A stretch of DNA of 38,407 nt from a virus (lineage: Duplodnaviria > Caudoviricetes): positions 1-38,407 of IMG/VR virus record IMGVR_UViG_3300033129_000175; one strand, written 5' to 3'. Both the position numbers and the translations under genes were made by a program. Of this stretch, positions 26,675 through 35,145 are shown in pieces (within the stretch, counting starts at the first letter, position 1; each line of letters begins with the position of its first letter). Below the pieces are notes generated by a model. The model searched no databases and had not been told where the DNA came from. It worked only from the letters and a program-made list of their open reading frames with translations.

Positions 26675-29202
26675 TGGAATGGCAAGCCGCTGAACGAGTA
26701 CAGAAAAACGACGCAGGTCAGTTTCGTGCCTTGATCGGCGGCGAATGGGTGCCGGCTGAAAAAGCGCAAAAGAATGAAGCTGGTGAGTTTCGGGTGCTAT
26801 TGGCCGCGCCAGCATCTACGCCGCCTCGCACTGGTAATCCTTTGGTGGACCAAATTCCTGGCTCCAATGTCAAAGCACCTGCGTCAACAGCCGCGCCAGA
26901 AAAACCTGAGTCTGGGTTTATTGGCAAACTGATTTCGCCGCTGGAAACCGCAGTTGCACTGGGCACAAGCGCAGTCACCGCGCCTATCGTAGGTGCGGCC
27001 AAAATTGGCGGTACGCTGACAAGTGGTAAGTTTGGCACGCCCGCAGGCATTCGTGCAGGTGAAGAAACTGGTCGTAAAGTTCAACAGTTCTTTCAGCCCG
27101 AACTCAGCCGCGAAGCTGAAGGACAAACCCAAGCCATCGGCAACGCTTTGTCTAGCATTGGCATGGAAGGCGTACCCTTGAATGTGCTGGGTGAACTCCA
27201 GCGCGGACTGACGCCTGCTTTGCGTGCTGGTGCTGACATGGCAAGAGCGCCTGTCGCCGCCCGCGCCGCCCGCATCCAAGAGGCCAACGTCGCCAAGAGC
27301 TACGCCAACGCTCCAATGATTGACGCAGTGCAATCCGCGCAGCGTATCGGCGGCGCAGTCCCGCCTGCCATTTCTAACCCCACGACATCAAACGTGATCA
27401 AGGGTAAGTTGGCTGGACCCGAAATCGAGCAGCAGTTTGCCAAGAAGAACGAAGCGGCTGTGACCGAGGCTGTTCGCAAAGACTTGGGCATTAAGCCGAC
27501 AGAAAAGCTGATTCCTGAAGTAGACGAAGCCACTGGAAAGCTCAACGTCAACAGCCCCATCGCACGGGCGCTCGACGAAGCCAGCAAGCCTTACGAGCCA
27601 ATCCGCAAGATGGAATCGCTGGCTGTACCCGCAGAGTCTATTGAAGCGCTGGAAAAGCTGCGCAAAGCCGCGCCTATTGGCGGCGACGCCAAGACAGCCG
27701 CCATCAACGGCGTGATTGACGATGCACTTGCAAAACTGCAACAGACCACAACCGGCCCGTTTTCTGGTGTGGGTGGCGGTCCCGTTGCTGTCGGCCGTAG
27801 CGGCGCAATGGTGTTGGATGACATCCGTTCTTTGAAACGTGACGCGCAAGCCACTCGCCGCGCTCAACAACTCAATCCTGATCCTTTGGCGATTGCCAAA
27901 GCAGAAGCGCAAGAGTCCATCGTTAAGATTTTGGAAGGGGTCATTGACGCCAACGCGCCTTCTCCTAAGATTTTGAACGACATGAAGAAGGCGCGGACTC
28001 GCATGGCTCAAATTTATGAGCATGAGAATGCGATCAACTACGGGCAGCAAAAGATCGATCCGCAAGCCTACGCTAAGATGTACGAGGAGCGACAAGGCGG
28101 CATGACGGGCTTGAACGCTGACATCGCCAAAGCAGCGTCAATGTTCCCCGACTACTTCACGCTGACGCCAGCCGAAATCAAGGGTATGCCTCGCCTCACT
28201 CGTGGTGGTGTGGGTGCGGCTTTTGGCGGCGCTTTGGGCGCTCCCTTAGGCCCGCTTGGTTTTGTGGCCGGTACTGCCGCTGGTATGGGCGTAGGTAGTG
28301 CGGCGGGCAGTTTGGCCGCACGCCGTATGTCTACGCCTGCTTATCAGCGTGCCAACGCCATGCCTGCGGATTACCGGCCTGTGCCTAGTGGACTGACGCC
28401 TGCGGACATCAACTACGGCCCAAATCAATTGGTGCCGTACAACTACGCGCAACAGACGACACAAGCTCCTAACTTCGTGCTGCGCAGTGGCCAACAAGCA
28501 CCAGCCTACGAACCGCCGTCGTACCCCCAACTGACACAGTTTGGTGATTACGAAACCACGGTTAATGCTTTGCGCAATCAAGAAGCGCGTGCTGGAGAGC
28601 GTTCTCGTGTGGCAGGCCAGCAAGTTGAGGCTCAACAAGCCGCCGCTGAAGCATCTGCCCGCCGACCAGCGCGTGGTGAGGTCATATTGGACTGGGATCC
28701 AATTACCAAAACTTACCGCGAGGCCAGCCAAGGTCTCAAAGGCGCTACGCCAGAAACATTCCAAAACTTTGGTTCTTCGTTGGCGTCAGCAGCGGAAAAA
28801 GCCACCGCAGGCAAAACCTTTGACATGTCCGCTGCCGAGAAAGTCGCATGGGACAAGACCAAAGTCGATTTGGCCAAAGTGATGCCTGGTTTAAAAGGGC
28901 TGGATGACAAAGCCGTTGCCACCAAGATGATGGACCGCGAATGGGTTCAGCAGGCCATTGACAAGGCCAAGCAGATGGCCAAAATGCAAGATGAGGCTAT
29001 CGCACGTTCGACCAATGAGCGGGCGCGTCAACTTGCTATGATTGAACGCGAAAAGTTGCAAGGCAGCTTGGAGATGCTTGAAGAGCAGTTTCGCAAAGCC
29101 CGTCCAGTCAAAACCGGTGGCCAAGGCCCCAAGACCCGTGCCCATCAACGCAACATGCTGCGTCCAGAGGGTGATGATATTCAAAACGCATTGGTGAAGT
29201 AA
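26674..29202 (+). CDS. Large internal virion/ejection protein
   Basis: 842 aa, Ala-rich, with a Gly-rich hydrophobic segment; last structural gene before lysis. Confidence 0.65.
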   Translation: MEWQAAERVQKNDAGQFRALIGGEWVPAEKAQKNEAGEFRVLLAAPASTPPRTGNPLVDQIPGSNVKAPASTAAPEKPESGFIGKLISPLETAVALGTSAVTAPIVGAAKIGGTLTSGKFGTPAGIRAGEETGRKVQQFFQPELSREAEGQTQAIGNALSSIGMEGVPLNVLGELQRGLTPALRAGADMARAPVAARAARIQEANVAKSYANAPMIDAVQSAQRIGGAVPPAISNPTTSNVIKGKLAGPEIEQQFAKKNEAAVTEAVRKDLGIKPTEKLIPEVDEATGKLNVNSPIARALDEASKPYEPIRKMESLAVPAESIEALEKLRKAAPIGGDAKTAAINGVIDDALAKLQQTTTGPFSGVGGGPVAVGRSGAMVLDDIRSLKRDAQATRRAQQLNPDPLAIAKAEAQESIVKILEGVIDANAPSPKILNDMKKARTRMAQIYEHENAINYGQQKIDPQAYAKMYEERQGGMTGLNADIAKAASMFPDYFTLTPAEIKGMPRLTRGGVGAAFGGALGAPLGPLGFVAGTAAGMGVGSAAGSLAARRMSTPAYQRANAMPADYRPVPSGLTPADINYGPNQLVPYNYAQQTTQAPNFVLRSGQQAPAYEPPSYPQLTQFGDYETTVNALRNQEARAGERSRVAGQQVEAQQAAAEASARRPARGEVILDWDPITKTYREASQGLKGATPETFQNFGSSLASAAEKATAGKTFDMSAAEKVAWDKTKVDLAKVMPGLKGLDDKAVATKMMDREWVQQAIDKAKQMAKMQDEAIARSTNERARQLAMIEREKLQGSLEMLEEQFRKARPVKTGGQGPKTRAHQRNMLRPEGDDIQNALVK

Positions 29203-29384
29203 TGGCCAACATCACAGAAACAGACGCTCGACTGAACTCACACGAGGCCGTCTGCGCTGAACGATACGAACAAATCAATTCACGCCTCAAGCGCCTTGAG
29301 GGCATCTTGATGAAGGCCAGCGGTGTCATGCTGTTGGCCATGTCGGGTGTGATCTGGGCATCGGTTTCCCATCTTCCAAAGTGA
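29202..29384 (+). CDS. Small coiled-coil plus transmembrane protein (lysis cassette)
   Basis: HEAVCAERYEQINSRLKRLE followed by a C-terminal hydrophobic helix. Confidence 0.7.
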   Translation: MANITETDARLNSHEAVCAERYEQINSRLKRLEGILMKASGVMLLAMSGVIWASVSHLPK

Positions 29385-29391
29385 GAACGAC

Positions 29392-29559
29392 ATGAAAGAT
29401 TACATCCTCGCACGCGCCAAAGAGCCGTCTAGCTGGCGTGGCCTGTTCCTCATCCTGACAGCCATCGGCGTGCCCGTGGCCCCCCAAATGGCCGATGCCA
29501 TCATCACCGTGGGTCTGGGTCTTGCGGGCGCCATTGGCGTGGCTACCGCTGACAAATGA
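29392..29559 (+). CDS. Putative holin (55 aa)
   Basis: Own translation MKDYILARAKEPSSWRGLFLILTAIGV...; two hydrophobic segments; coupled to the endolysin. Confidence 0.7.
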   Translation: MKDYILARAKEPSSWRGLFLILTAIGVPVAPQMADAIITVGLGLAGAIGVATADK

Positions 29560-29999
29560 CCCACATCACCCCGCACTTCACTCTTGACGAACTCACCTTC
29601 ACCGATCACCGTGAGTTCGACAACACACCTGACCCCACAGAACTGGCGAACCTGAAAAGACTCGCTGATCTGCTGGAGCAGGTGAAGGTGGTGCTGGGTG
29701 GTAAGCCGATCATGATCAACTCGGCTTACCGGTCCAAGAAGGTCAACGATGCCGTGGGGTCCAAAGACACCAGTCAGCACCGGCTGGGGTGCGCTGCTGA
29801 CTTCAGGGTGCCAGGCATGACCCCTGACCAAGTGGTCAAGGCGATCATGATCTCATCGATTCGGTTTGACCAACTGATCCGTGAGTTTGACCGCTGGACG
29901 CACATCAGTGTTGCGAACACAATCGACACACCTGTGCGCAGGCAGGCGCTCATCATTGACAGCATGGGCACACGACACTACGCCGACAAGAAAGCCTAG
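29556..29999 (+). CDS. Endolysin, peptidase M15A family
   Basis: HFTLDEL, INSAYRS..VN.AVG, SQH..G.AAD, WTH Zn ligands. Confidence 0.9.
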   Translation: MTHITPHFTLDELTFTDHREFDNTPDPTELANLKRLADLLEQVKVVLGGKPIMINSAYRSKKVNDAVGSKDTSQHRLGCAADFRVPGMTPDQVVKAIMISSIRFDQLIREFDRWTHISVANTIDTPVRRQALIIDSMGTRHYADKKA

Positions 30000-30176
30000 C
30001 CACATCAGGCCAAGGATGCTCAGTAGCATCCATTTGGCCAAGTATCGCAGGTAGACGCGCCACACAGACGGTGGCAGTGGATCAGCGGCTTTCATCAGCG
30101 GGCGGGCTGTTGCCACACGGACCGGACAATCCCGTCCTTGACGGCAGTTTCCGTAATCGTCACAGCAGTTTGGCAT
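29853..30176 (-). CDS. Cys-rich membrane protein (CCDDYGNCRQGRDCP)
   Basis: RBS ggag; Cys motif plus a transmembrane segment; the 3' end overlaps the endolysin antisense. Confidence 0.6.
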   Translation of the reverse strand: MPNCCDDYGNCRQGRDCPVRVATARPLMKAADPLPPSVWRVYLRYLAKWMLLSILGLMWLGFLVGVVSCAHAVNDERLPAHRCVDCVRNTDVRPAVKLTDQLVKPNR

Positions 30177-30325
30177 GGTGTCTCCATTGTTTTATTCAGC
30201 AGTTGCTGGAGCCAGCGGCTACCACCAAGGCGGCGCAACTGGATCTGTTGTTCACGGGTCAAGCTGACCGATGTCTTGCACCTGATCTCCCCTGTCACAA
30301 GAGCAGGGCGGCCAACGGATCTCAT
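30095..30325 (-). CDS. Small ribbon-helix-helix-like DNA-binding protein
   Basis: GRP...TSVSLTREQ..QLRRLGGSRWL pattern; ATGA-coupled. Confidence 0.5.
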   Translation of the reverse strand: MRSVGRPALVTGEIRCKTSVSLTREQQIQLRRLGGSRWLQQLLNKTMETPCQTAVTITETAVKDGIVRSVWQQPAR

Positions 30326-30654
30326 TGCTTGCTCCGAGGGATCACAACCTTTGGTGGCTCATTGGCCAACCAGATCATGTAGGTTTTGGTCTTGTAGTCC
30401 TTGTGCTGGCGAATGGTTACCTGCTGACGAAGACCGCGATTGTCCATAAACCGTTGGAGTGCTTTGCGCACGGCCTGGAACTCGGCTTCAGGCATTGACA
30501 GAGCTTGCTCAAAGTCCAGCAACTTCTGAAATTTATCGTCATGCGCCGTCATCCCTTTGCGCTTGGAATGAACATTGGGTATAGGGACAAACTTCATGAG
30601 ATCTTGGCCCGTGAACGGGTTGGTCTTGGATGCAAATGTGGAAACGTGATTCAC
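30322..30654 (-). CDS. Hypothetical protein
   Basis: GTGA/ATGA-coupled chain. Confidence 0.7.
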   Translation of the reverse strand: MNHVSTFASKTNPFTGQDLMKFVPIPNVHSKRKGMTAHDDKFQKLLDFEQALSMPEAEFQAVRKALQRFMDNRGLRQQVTIRQHKDYKTKTYMIWLANEPPKVVIPRSKQ

Positions 30655-31100
30655 ACAAACCCCCGCAGGTTTGGTGGCTTCCAGCCCTCGGGCTTGCCGA
30701 TCTTGCCGCCCTCAAGGATGACGGGCTTGCCATCCACCAGCTTGGCATCGTTGCTGGCCAGCACCGCCTGATCTGCGGCATCCTTGTCGAACCCTGCCAA
30801 GTAGGACACACCGTCACCGGTGACCTGGATGTCGCATCGGGCATCAAGGGCATCGACGCGCAAGTGGGTCGGGATGTACACGGACTGCTCACGGCGCTTG
30901 AGTTTGCTGGCGAACCATTCAAGGTCGATGCGGGTGCGCTCAAGCAGTTTGGCGTACCCCTCGCTGTCGGTGCGCAGGGTCTTGAGGAACTCGCAGTATT
31001 CCTCAATGTCACACCCGATCTGGACGCTCAGGTTCTCAGGTGTTGGTTCTTTGCCGCAGGCTTTGAGCCACTCGGCGGTGCGTTGGAAATTCGATTTCAT
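30651..31100 (-). CDS. MazG-like / PRA-PH-like NTP pyrophosphohydrolase
   Basis: IEEYCEF, LDARCDIQVTG, VLASNDAK, GKIGKPEGWKPPNL. Confidence 0.8.
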   Translation of the reverse strand: MKSNFQRTAEWLKACGKEPTPENLSVQIGCDIEEYCEFLKTLRTDSEGYAKLLERTRIDLEWFASKLKRREQSVYIPTHLRVDALDARCDIQVTGDGVSYLAGFDKDAADQAVLASNDAKLVDGKPVILEGGKIGKPEGWKPPNLRGFV

Positions 31101-31330
31101 AGGTTCACCTGCTTCAGTGCTGCTTGCAGACCGGCCAAACCGCCGACACGTTGACCGTCGATGAAGATCTGGGGCATCTGGCGCAGTTCAGGGTAAGTGG
31201 AGGAGAACACCTCAAACTCTTCGGGGTCGCCCATGTCGCGCTCCTCGTAGCTGAGGTGCTTGCTTTGCATGAGTTGCTTGGCGTGGTCGCAGTTGGGGCA
31301 GTTGCTCTTGGTGTAGATGACGATGTTCAC
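31097..31330 (-). CDS. Glutaredoxin
   Basis: GTG start after ggag; IYTKSNCPNC, MPQIFIDG..VGG. Confidence 0.9.
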   Translation of the reverse strand: MNIVIYTKSNCPNCDHAKQLMQSKHLSYEERDMGDPEEFEVFSSTYPELRQMPQIFIDGQRVGGLAGLQAALKQVNL

Positions 31331-31671
31331 AGTGTGGCTCCTCTCCGGTTTGATGGTGCGCAAGGCCATGTCTGTTTGAGCGCGTACAGGATGATGGTGT
31401 CTCCGGTGTTGTTGCGGGTGGCAGGGGCGCTGGCAACGTGTTGACGCACGACATCAATCACTTGACGCAGGGACACCGTCTTGGGGATGCAGTGGTTTAC
31501 ACCATTGCCCGTGTCAGACACGCCAGAGATGTAGCCGTAGAGCATTCCAAAGTCCAGCGTGTTGTCGTTGGCGGCATAACCGTCAGCCCACTTCTGGATG
31601 TCGTTGCCGGTAAAGTATTCAGCGTGTGCTGTGCCGCACAACAGCGCGGCGATCACAATCAGGTGTTTCAT
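31327..31671 (-). CDS. Secreted Rap1a/Tai4-like immunity-family protein
   Basis: Signal peptide MKHLIVIAALLCGTAHA; TGND, GYISGVSD, CIP..V...Q...VV, ALKQTWPC. Confidence 0.7.
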   Translation of the reverse strand: MKHLIVIAALLCGTAHAEYFTGNDIQKWADGYAANDNTLDFGMLYGYISGVSDTGNGVNHCIPKTVSLRQVIDVVRQHVASAPATRNNTGDTIILYALKQTWPCAPSNRRGATL

Positions 31672-31787
31672 TTGATGTCTTTCAAAAAGGTGAAGATGTT
31701 TGCGCTGCATCTGGCGCACCGGTATAGGTAATGTGTTGGGTGGCGATATGCGTAGTTGATTTCTTCCCAGCGGTGTTTGCAGGTCAT
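31668..31787 (-). CDS. 39-aa Zn-ribbon-like peptide (MTCKHRW...RCARC)
   Basis: Own translation; ATGA-coupled at both ends. Confidence 0.65.
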   Translation of the reverse strand: MTCKHRWEEINYAYRHPTHYLYRCARCSANIFTFLKDIK

Positions 31788-32179
31788 GTGTTCTTCTCCT
31801 TGAGTTTGGCTTCGATGGCAAAAGCCAAAGTAACGGGAATTTCTCTAAGCTCAACGGTAAGTTTTTCAATCTCCTCATCCGTCAGCCCAACCCATGTGCG
31901 CTGTGCTGGTGGGGCGGTATAGAGGTCTTTACCAAGCATTGACCAGTCCCCATCAATTCGGGGAACAAAAACATGGCCTTCATATGGGTCTGACTCTAAG
32001 CGTCCGACAGGCTCCTGCTGTGCTGGCTGCTCTGCCAGTGCTTCGCGGATAACGGTAATGACTTCTGGACACCAGACAGTAATTGCCTCAACTGTTCCAT
32101 CGTTGTGGTCTGTGCAACCGCCTTGCAGTTGCTCCAACGCCTCCAGCGCCAGCTTCAGTGCTTCTGTTTGTTTGCTCAT
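31784..32179 (-). CDS. Modular hypothetical protein (EALKLALEALE / EQPAQQEPV / WVGLTDEEI)
   Basis: ATGA-coupled start at 32179; shares modules with its neighbours. Confidence 0.75.
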   Translation of the reverse strand: MSKQTEALKLALEALEQLQGGCTDHNDGTVEAITVWCPEVITVIREALAEQPAQQEPVGRLESDPYEGHVFVPRIDGDWSMLGKDLYTAPPAQRTWVGLTDEEIEKLTVELREIPVTLAFAIEAKLKEKNT

Positions 32180-32879
32180 GTGTTCTCCTTGATGCCGTGG
32201 GCGGCTTCGATGGCTCGGGCTGCTTTCCTCATAGACTTGCTGTCCACAGGGCAATATGGGTTTCCTGTGCTGAAAGTTTTTTCGCGCAGCTTTTCAATCT
32301 GCTCATCCGTCATCGGCTTGCGCTGTGGTGGTGGGGATGTGTAGACCAGAAGTTCACGATCAAACCCGCATTGCTCAATCACTGCTTCATCGAACAGTTC
32401 GTTTACCTTGCCAACAGGCTCCTGCTGTGCTGGCTGCGGCTGTTCCATGAACTTTGCAATCACGGCTTCGGCTTGCAGTGCCCGTGCTTTCCACACGTCA
32501 AAATCGTCAGGCTCCTGCTGCGGCTGTGCTGGCTGCTCGGCCAGTGCGTCAATCGCATCACAAATAGCTTCATTCAAAATCATCCACGACTCAAAATGAG
32601 ATTCGTTTTGCCTTGCGTCTGTCATAGCCACGCGAAGGCTACTAATGATTGCTTTAATGGATTTCATCAGTGATTCCTCATAAATTCACGCACTCGCGCT
32701 ACGGCTGCTTTTTCGCGCTCAAAAGATTCGTTGGGATCAAATTTTGGTGACTCTTTTGGTTGCTCTGCCAGTGCTTCTCGCAGGGCGGTGATAGCATCAA
32801 AAAATTGCTTGTCTCGTTTCATGTTGAATCCTGTTGGCGTAGTGTTCTCCAACGCCTCCAGCGCCAGCTTCAGTGCTTC
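32132..32879. repeat. 33-bp identical direct repeat (32132-32164 and 32847-32879) plus nearby 24-bp and 17-bp repeats
   Basis: ctccaacgcctccagcgccagcttcagtgcttc twice; acaggctcctgctgtgctggctgc at 32007 and 32414; tgctctgccagtgcttc at 32028 and 32761. Confidence 0.9.
32176..32667 (-). CDS. Modular hypothetical protein (two QQEP modules, RKPMTDEQI, ARAIEAAHGI)
   Basis: ORF track; coupled chain. Confidence 0.75.
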   Translation of the reverse strand: MKSIKAIISSLRVAMTDARQNESHFESWMILNEAICDAIDALAEQPAQPQQEPDDFDVWKARALQAEAVIAKFMEQPQPAQQEPVGKVNELFDEAVIEQCGFDRELLVYTSPPPQRKPMTDEQIEKLREKTFSTGNPYCPVDSKSMRKAARAIEAAHGIKENT

Positions 32880-32954
32880 ATCCTTCTTGGTTGTCTTCGG
32901 GATGCACCCGTGGCTGGTGCAGTGCGCGACTGTTTCGCATTCGTTACAGATCAT
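32667..32954 (-). CDS. Modular hypothetical protein (CNECETVAHC..HGC plus EALKLALEALE)
   Basis: ORF track; RBS gaggag. Confidence 0.75.
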   Translation of the reverse strand: MICNECETVAHCTSHGCIPKTTKKDEALKLALEALENTTPTGFNMKRDKQFFDAITALREALAEQPKESPKFDPNESFEREKAAVARVREFMRNH

Positions 32955-33099
32955 TTGGTTTCTCCTCTTGCGGGAAATAAATGGTTTGGAATTTCACGGC
33001 GGTTTCCCCATCCTTGGTCAGCACAACCAGCGTTGCGGCAGTTAAATCCATGCCGTAAATGGCTCGTAATGCTTCCCAAACTTTTTGTGAGTCGGTCAT
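32944..33099 (-). CDS. 51-aa hypothetical protein (MTDSQKVWEALRAIYG...) bounded by 21-bp direct repeats
   Basis: Own translation; RBS gaggag lies inside the repeat. Confidence 0.65.
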   Translation of the reverse strand: MTDSQKVWEALRAIYGMDLTAATLVVLTKDGETAVKFQTIYFPQEEKPNDL

Positions 33100-33116
33100 T
33101 TGGTTTCTCCTCTTGC
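32951..33116. repeat. 21-bp identical direct repeat containing RBS and start codon
   Basis: tcatttggtttctcctcttgc at 32951-32971 and 33096-33116. Confidence 0.9.
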
Positions 33117-33392
33117 TCGGATGGCGGCGGCAAGGTCAAACGCCAGTTCAGCCCCTTGTTGGACTTCGTGGTGATAGCCAACTCGGTCACACACCTTCGC
33201 ACACGCCTCACGCTCGGCAGCAGCGACAAGGGCGGCGAAGCGTTCAAACTTCTGCACACCAATAAACTCAACAATGCCATCGCCAAAACCAGCCTCACGC
33301 GCCATGCGGATGATGTCTTGTTGGTTCATGATTTCGCTCCATGTTTTGTTTGCCCAGTCTTTCAATTCTTGATGGGTTAATGGTCTGCTCAT
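33096..33392 (-). CDS. Hypothetical protein (DIIRMAREAG / EREACAKVC / AIRARG family)
   Basis: ATGA-coupled start at 33392. Confidence 0.75.
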   Translation of the reverse strand: MSRPLTHQELKDWANKTWSEIMNQQDIIRMAREAGFGDGIVEFIGVQKFERFAALVAAAEREACAKVCDRVGYHHEVQQGAELAFDLAAAIRARGETK

Positions 33393-33541
33393 GCCGTCAC
33401 CTCTTTCATCTCCCAACCCATGCGGAAATACAGCCAGCGGGTTTGCAAGCTGCTGTTGATGTAACGACCCCTGGTCATCTGGAAGTCATCGTAGCCCTTG
33501 ACTCGCATGATGCCCTCAAATACTTGTTGTGCTTTGCTCAT
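33389..33541 (-). CDS. 50-aa hypothetical protein (MSKAQQVFEGIMR...QTRWLYFRMGW)
   Basis: Own translation; RBS aggaa; coupled at both ends. Confidence 0.7.
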   Translation of the reverse strand: MSKAQQVFEGIMRVKGYDDFQMTRGRYINSSLQTRWLYFRMGWEMKEVTA

Positions 33542-33723
33542 TTGATTGCTTCCTTTAGGATCTCCTGGCGCTCGCGGGCGGCGCGCAGGGTGGTGTAACG
33601 CTGGTGCAAACGCTCCAGCACTGATACGCGCTTAGTTGTCGCACGTTCGTTGTCCAACAGCGCCAGCACGTCTTGTTCCGACATGAGCGCCAGCTGGTCA
33701 TTTAATTTTCGCCATGTGAGCAT
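33538..33723 (-). CDS. Hypothetical protein (LERLHQRYTTLR)
   Basis: RBS ggagg; ORF track. Confidence 0.75.
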   Translation of the reverse strand: MLTWRKLNDQLALMSEQDVLALLDNERATTKRVSVLERLHQRYTTLRAARERQEILKEAIK

Positions 33724-33862
33724 CAATCTTGCCCTCCAGTTGAATGATCAGTTGAATGGTGCGGGCCAGGCTACGCTCGGCAGCGTTGTACTGGCGCTTC
33801 TTGTGTTTGAGTTCGGACCGCGCTGTCTTGAGCTTGATCTTCCATTGGTCTATTCGTTTCAC
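33698..33862 (-). CDS. 54-aa basic coiled-coil protein (MKRIDQWKIKLK...)
   Basis: Own translation; GTGA-coupled to the helicase stop. Confidence 0.65.
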   Translation of the reverse strand: MKRIDQWKIKLKTARSELKHKKRQYNAAERSLARTIQLIIQLEGKIDAHMAKIK

Positions 33863-35145
33863 TTCAATGCCTCCAAAGCAATCTCAGACACGGAGCGTTT
33901 GGCGTGCAACGCCCCCCAGATCTTTTCGTCCACTGTCTTTTCGGTCATGAGTGCATACACCCAGACGTCGTGCTTTTGTCCTGACCGGTGCAAACGTCCG
34001 ACGGTTTGCTCGAAAAGTTCGAGACTCCACGGCAAGGACAAAAAGACCATGTGACAGCCCCCATGTTGCAAGTTAAGCCCGTGACCTGCGGATTTTGGGT
34101 GCACGGCCAGTAGCTCAACGTCGCCCCGATTCCATCGCTCAATAGCGTTGTCAGCATCAAGTGTTGTGACGTTGAGGCGCCTTTTAAGCTCGGCCAGCTC
34201 TTCCTGGTAGTTGTAGACGATGATGGTGTTGGCATGTTGGTTCTCGTTGATTAAGTCTTCCAGCGCGTCGAACTTGTGCGGGCTAAACCACACAGGCTCT
34301 GGCGTATATACAAAGCCGCCAGCCATCTGCTGGAGCTTTTGTGTCACGACGGCCGCGTTGATCGCAACCGCCGCTTGATCGCCGAACTCGACCACGAAGT
34401 CTTTCTTCATCGTGTCGTACTCGGTCATGACCATCTTGCTGCGCAACTCGACCATGTGGCAAGGCGGCAGTTTGTCCTTGTACTCGCCAGGCTCCAGCAC
34501 AAACGTGGCCGGCTTGATCTTCTTCATCACCAAGGGCAGCGACTCCGGCCGTGGCTGCCAGTCGTTGAATTCCTGATTGATTAAATAGAAGTACTGCTGC
34601 ATGAACGCGCCTTTGGAGCGGCCCAAGAGCGACTGGTCAACAATCTTGCACTGGCCAAACACGTCTTCCAAACCGTTGCTGGTGAACGAGCCAGTCAGGC
34701 CCCATCGGACTTTGATGGGATCCATGACCTTGAGCAGCGCTTTGAAGCGTGTGCCGGACGGGTTCTTGAGTTTGGTCAATTCATCGAACACGATGGCGTC
34801 AATGTGGCTCAAGTTCTGTTCGGCCAGCCACTGGATGTTGTCGTAGTTGCTGACGATGATCCGAGCGCCGCTGTGCAGCGCAGCCTTACGCTGGGCGGGT
34901 GTGCCCACAGCAACCGCCAGCGAGGCCATCGGCGCCCACTTGGGTTGCTCGACTGGCCACACGTCGGTGCACACACGCTTAGGTGCCAGCACGAGGAAGC
35001 GCTTGACGTGCTCGTCGCGCAGCATCTCCCACATGGCCGTCAGCGTGATGGCTGTCTTGCCAGCGCCCACCGGAGCCAAGATCATGGCGCGGTCGTGCTC
35101 GTACAAGAAGTCAGCCGCTGTCTCTTGGTAATCACGCAGTTTCAC
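33859..35145 (-). CDS. SNF2-like superfamily 2 helicase
   Basis: LRDYQ, APVGAGKT, VFDEL, LTGS, SAGHGLNLQ, QTVGRLHRSGQ. Confidence 0.92.
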   Translation of the reverse strand: MKLRDYQETAADFLYEHDRAMILAPVGAGKTAITLTAMWEMLRDEHVKRFLVLAPKRVCTDVWPVEQPKWAPMASLAVAVGTPAQRKAALHSGARIIVSNYDNIQWLAEQNLSHIDAIVFDELTKLKNPSGTRFKALLKVMDPIKVRWGLTGSFTSNGLEDVFGQCKIVDQSLLGRSKGAFMQQYFYLINQEFNDWQPRPESLPLVMKKIKPATFVLEPGEYKDKLPPCHMVELRSKMVMTEYDTMKKDFVVEFGDQAAVAINAAVVTQKLQQMAGGFVYTPEPVWFSPHKFDALEDLINENQHANTIIVYNYQEELAELKRRLNVTTLDADNAIERWNRGDVELLAVHPKSAGHGLNLQHGGCHMVFLSLPWSLELFEQTVGRLHRSGQKHDVWVYALMTEKTVDEKIWGALHAKRSVSEIALEALK

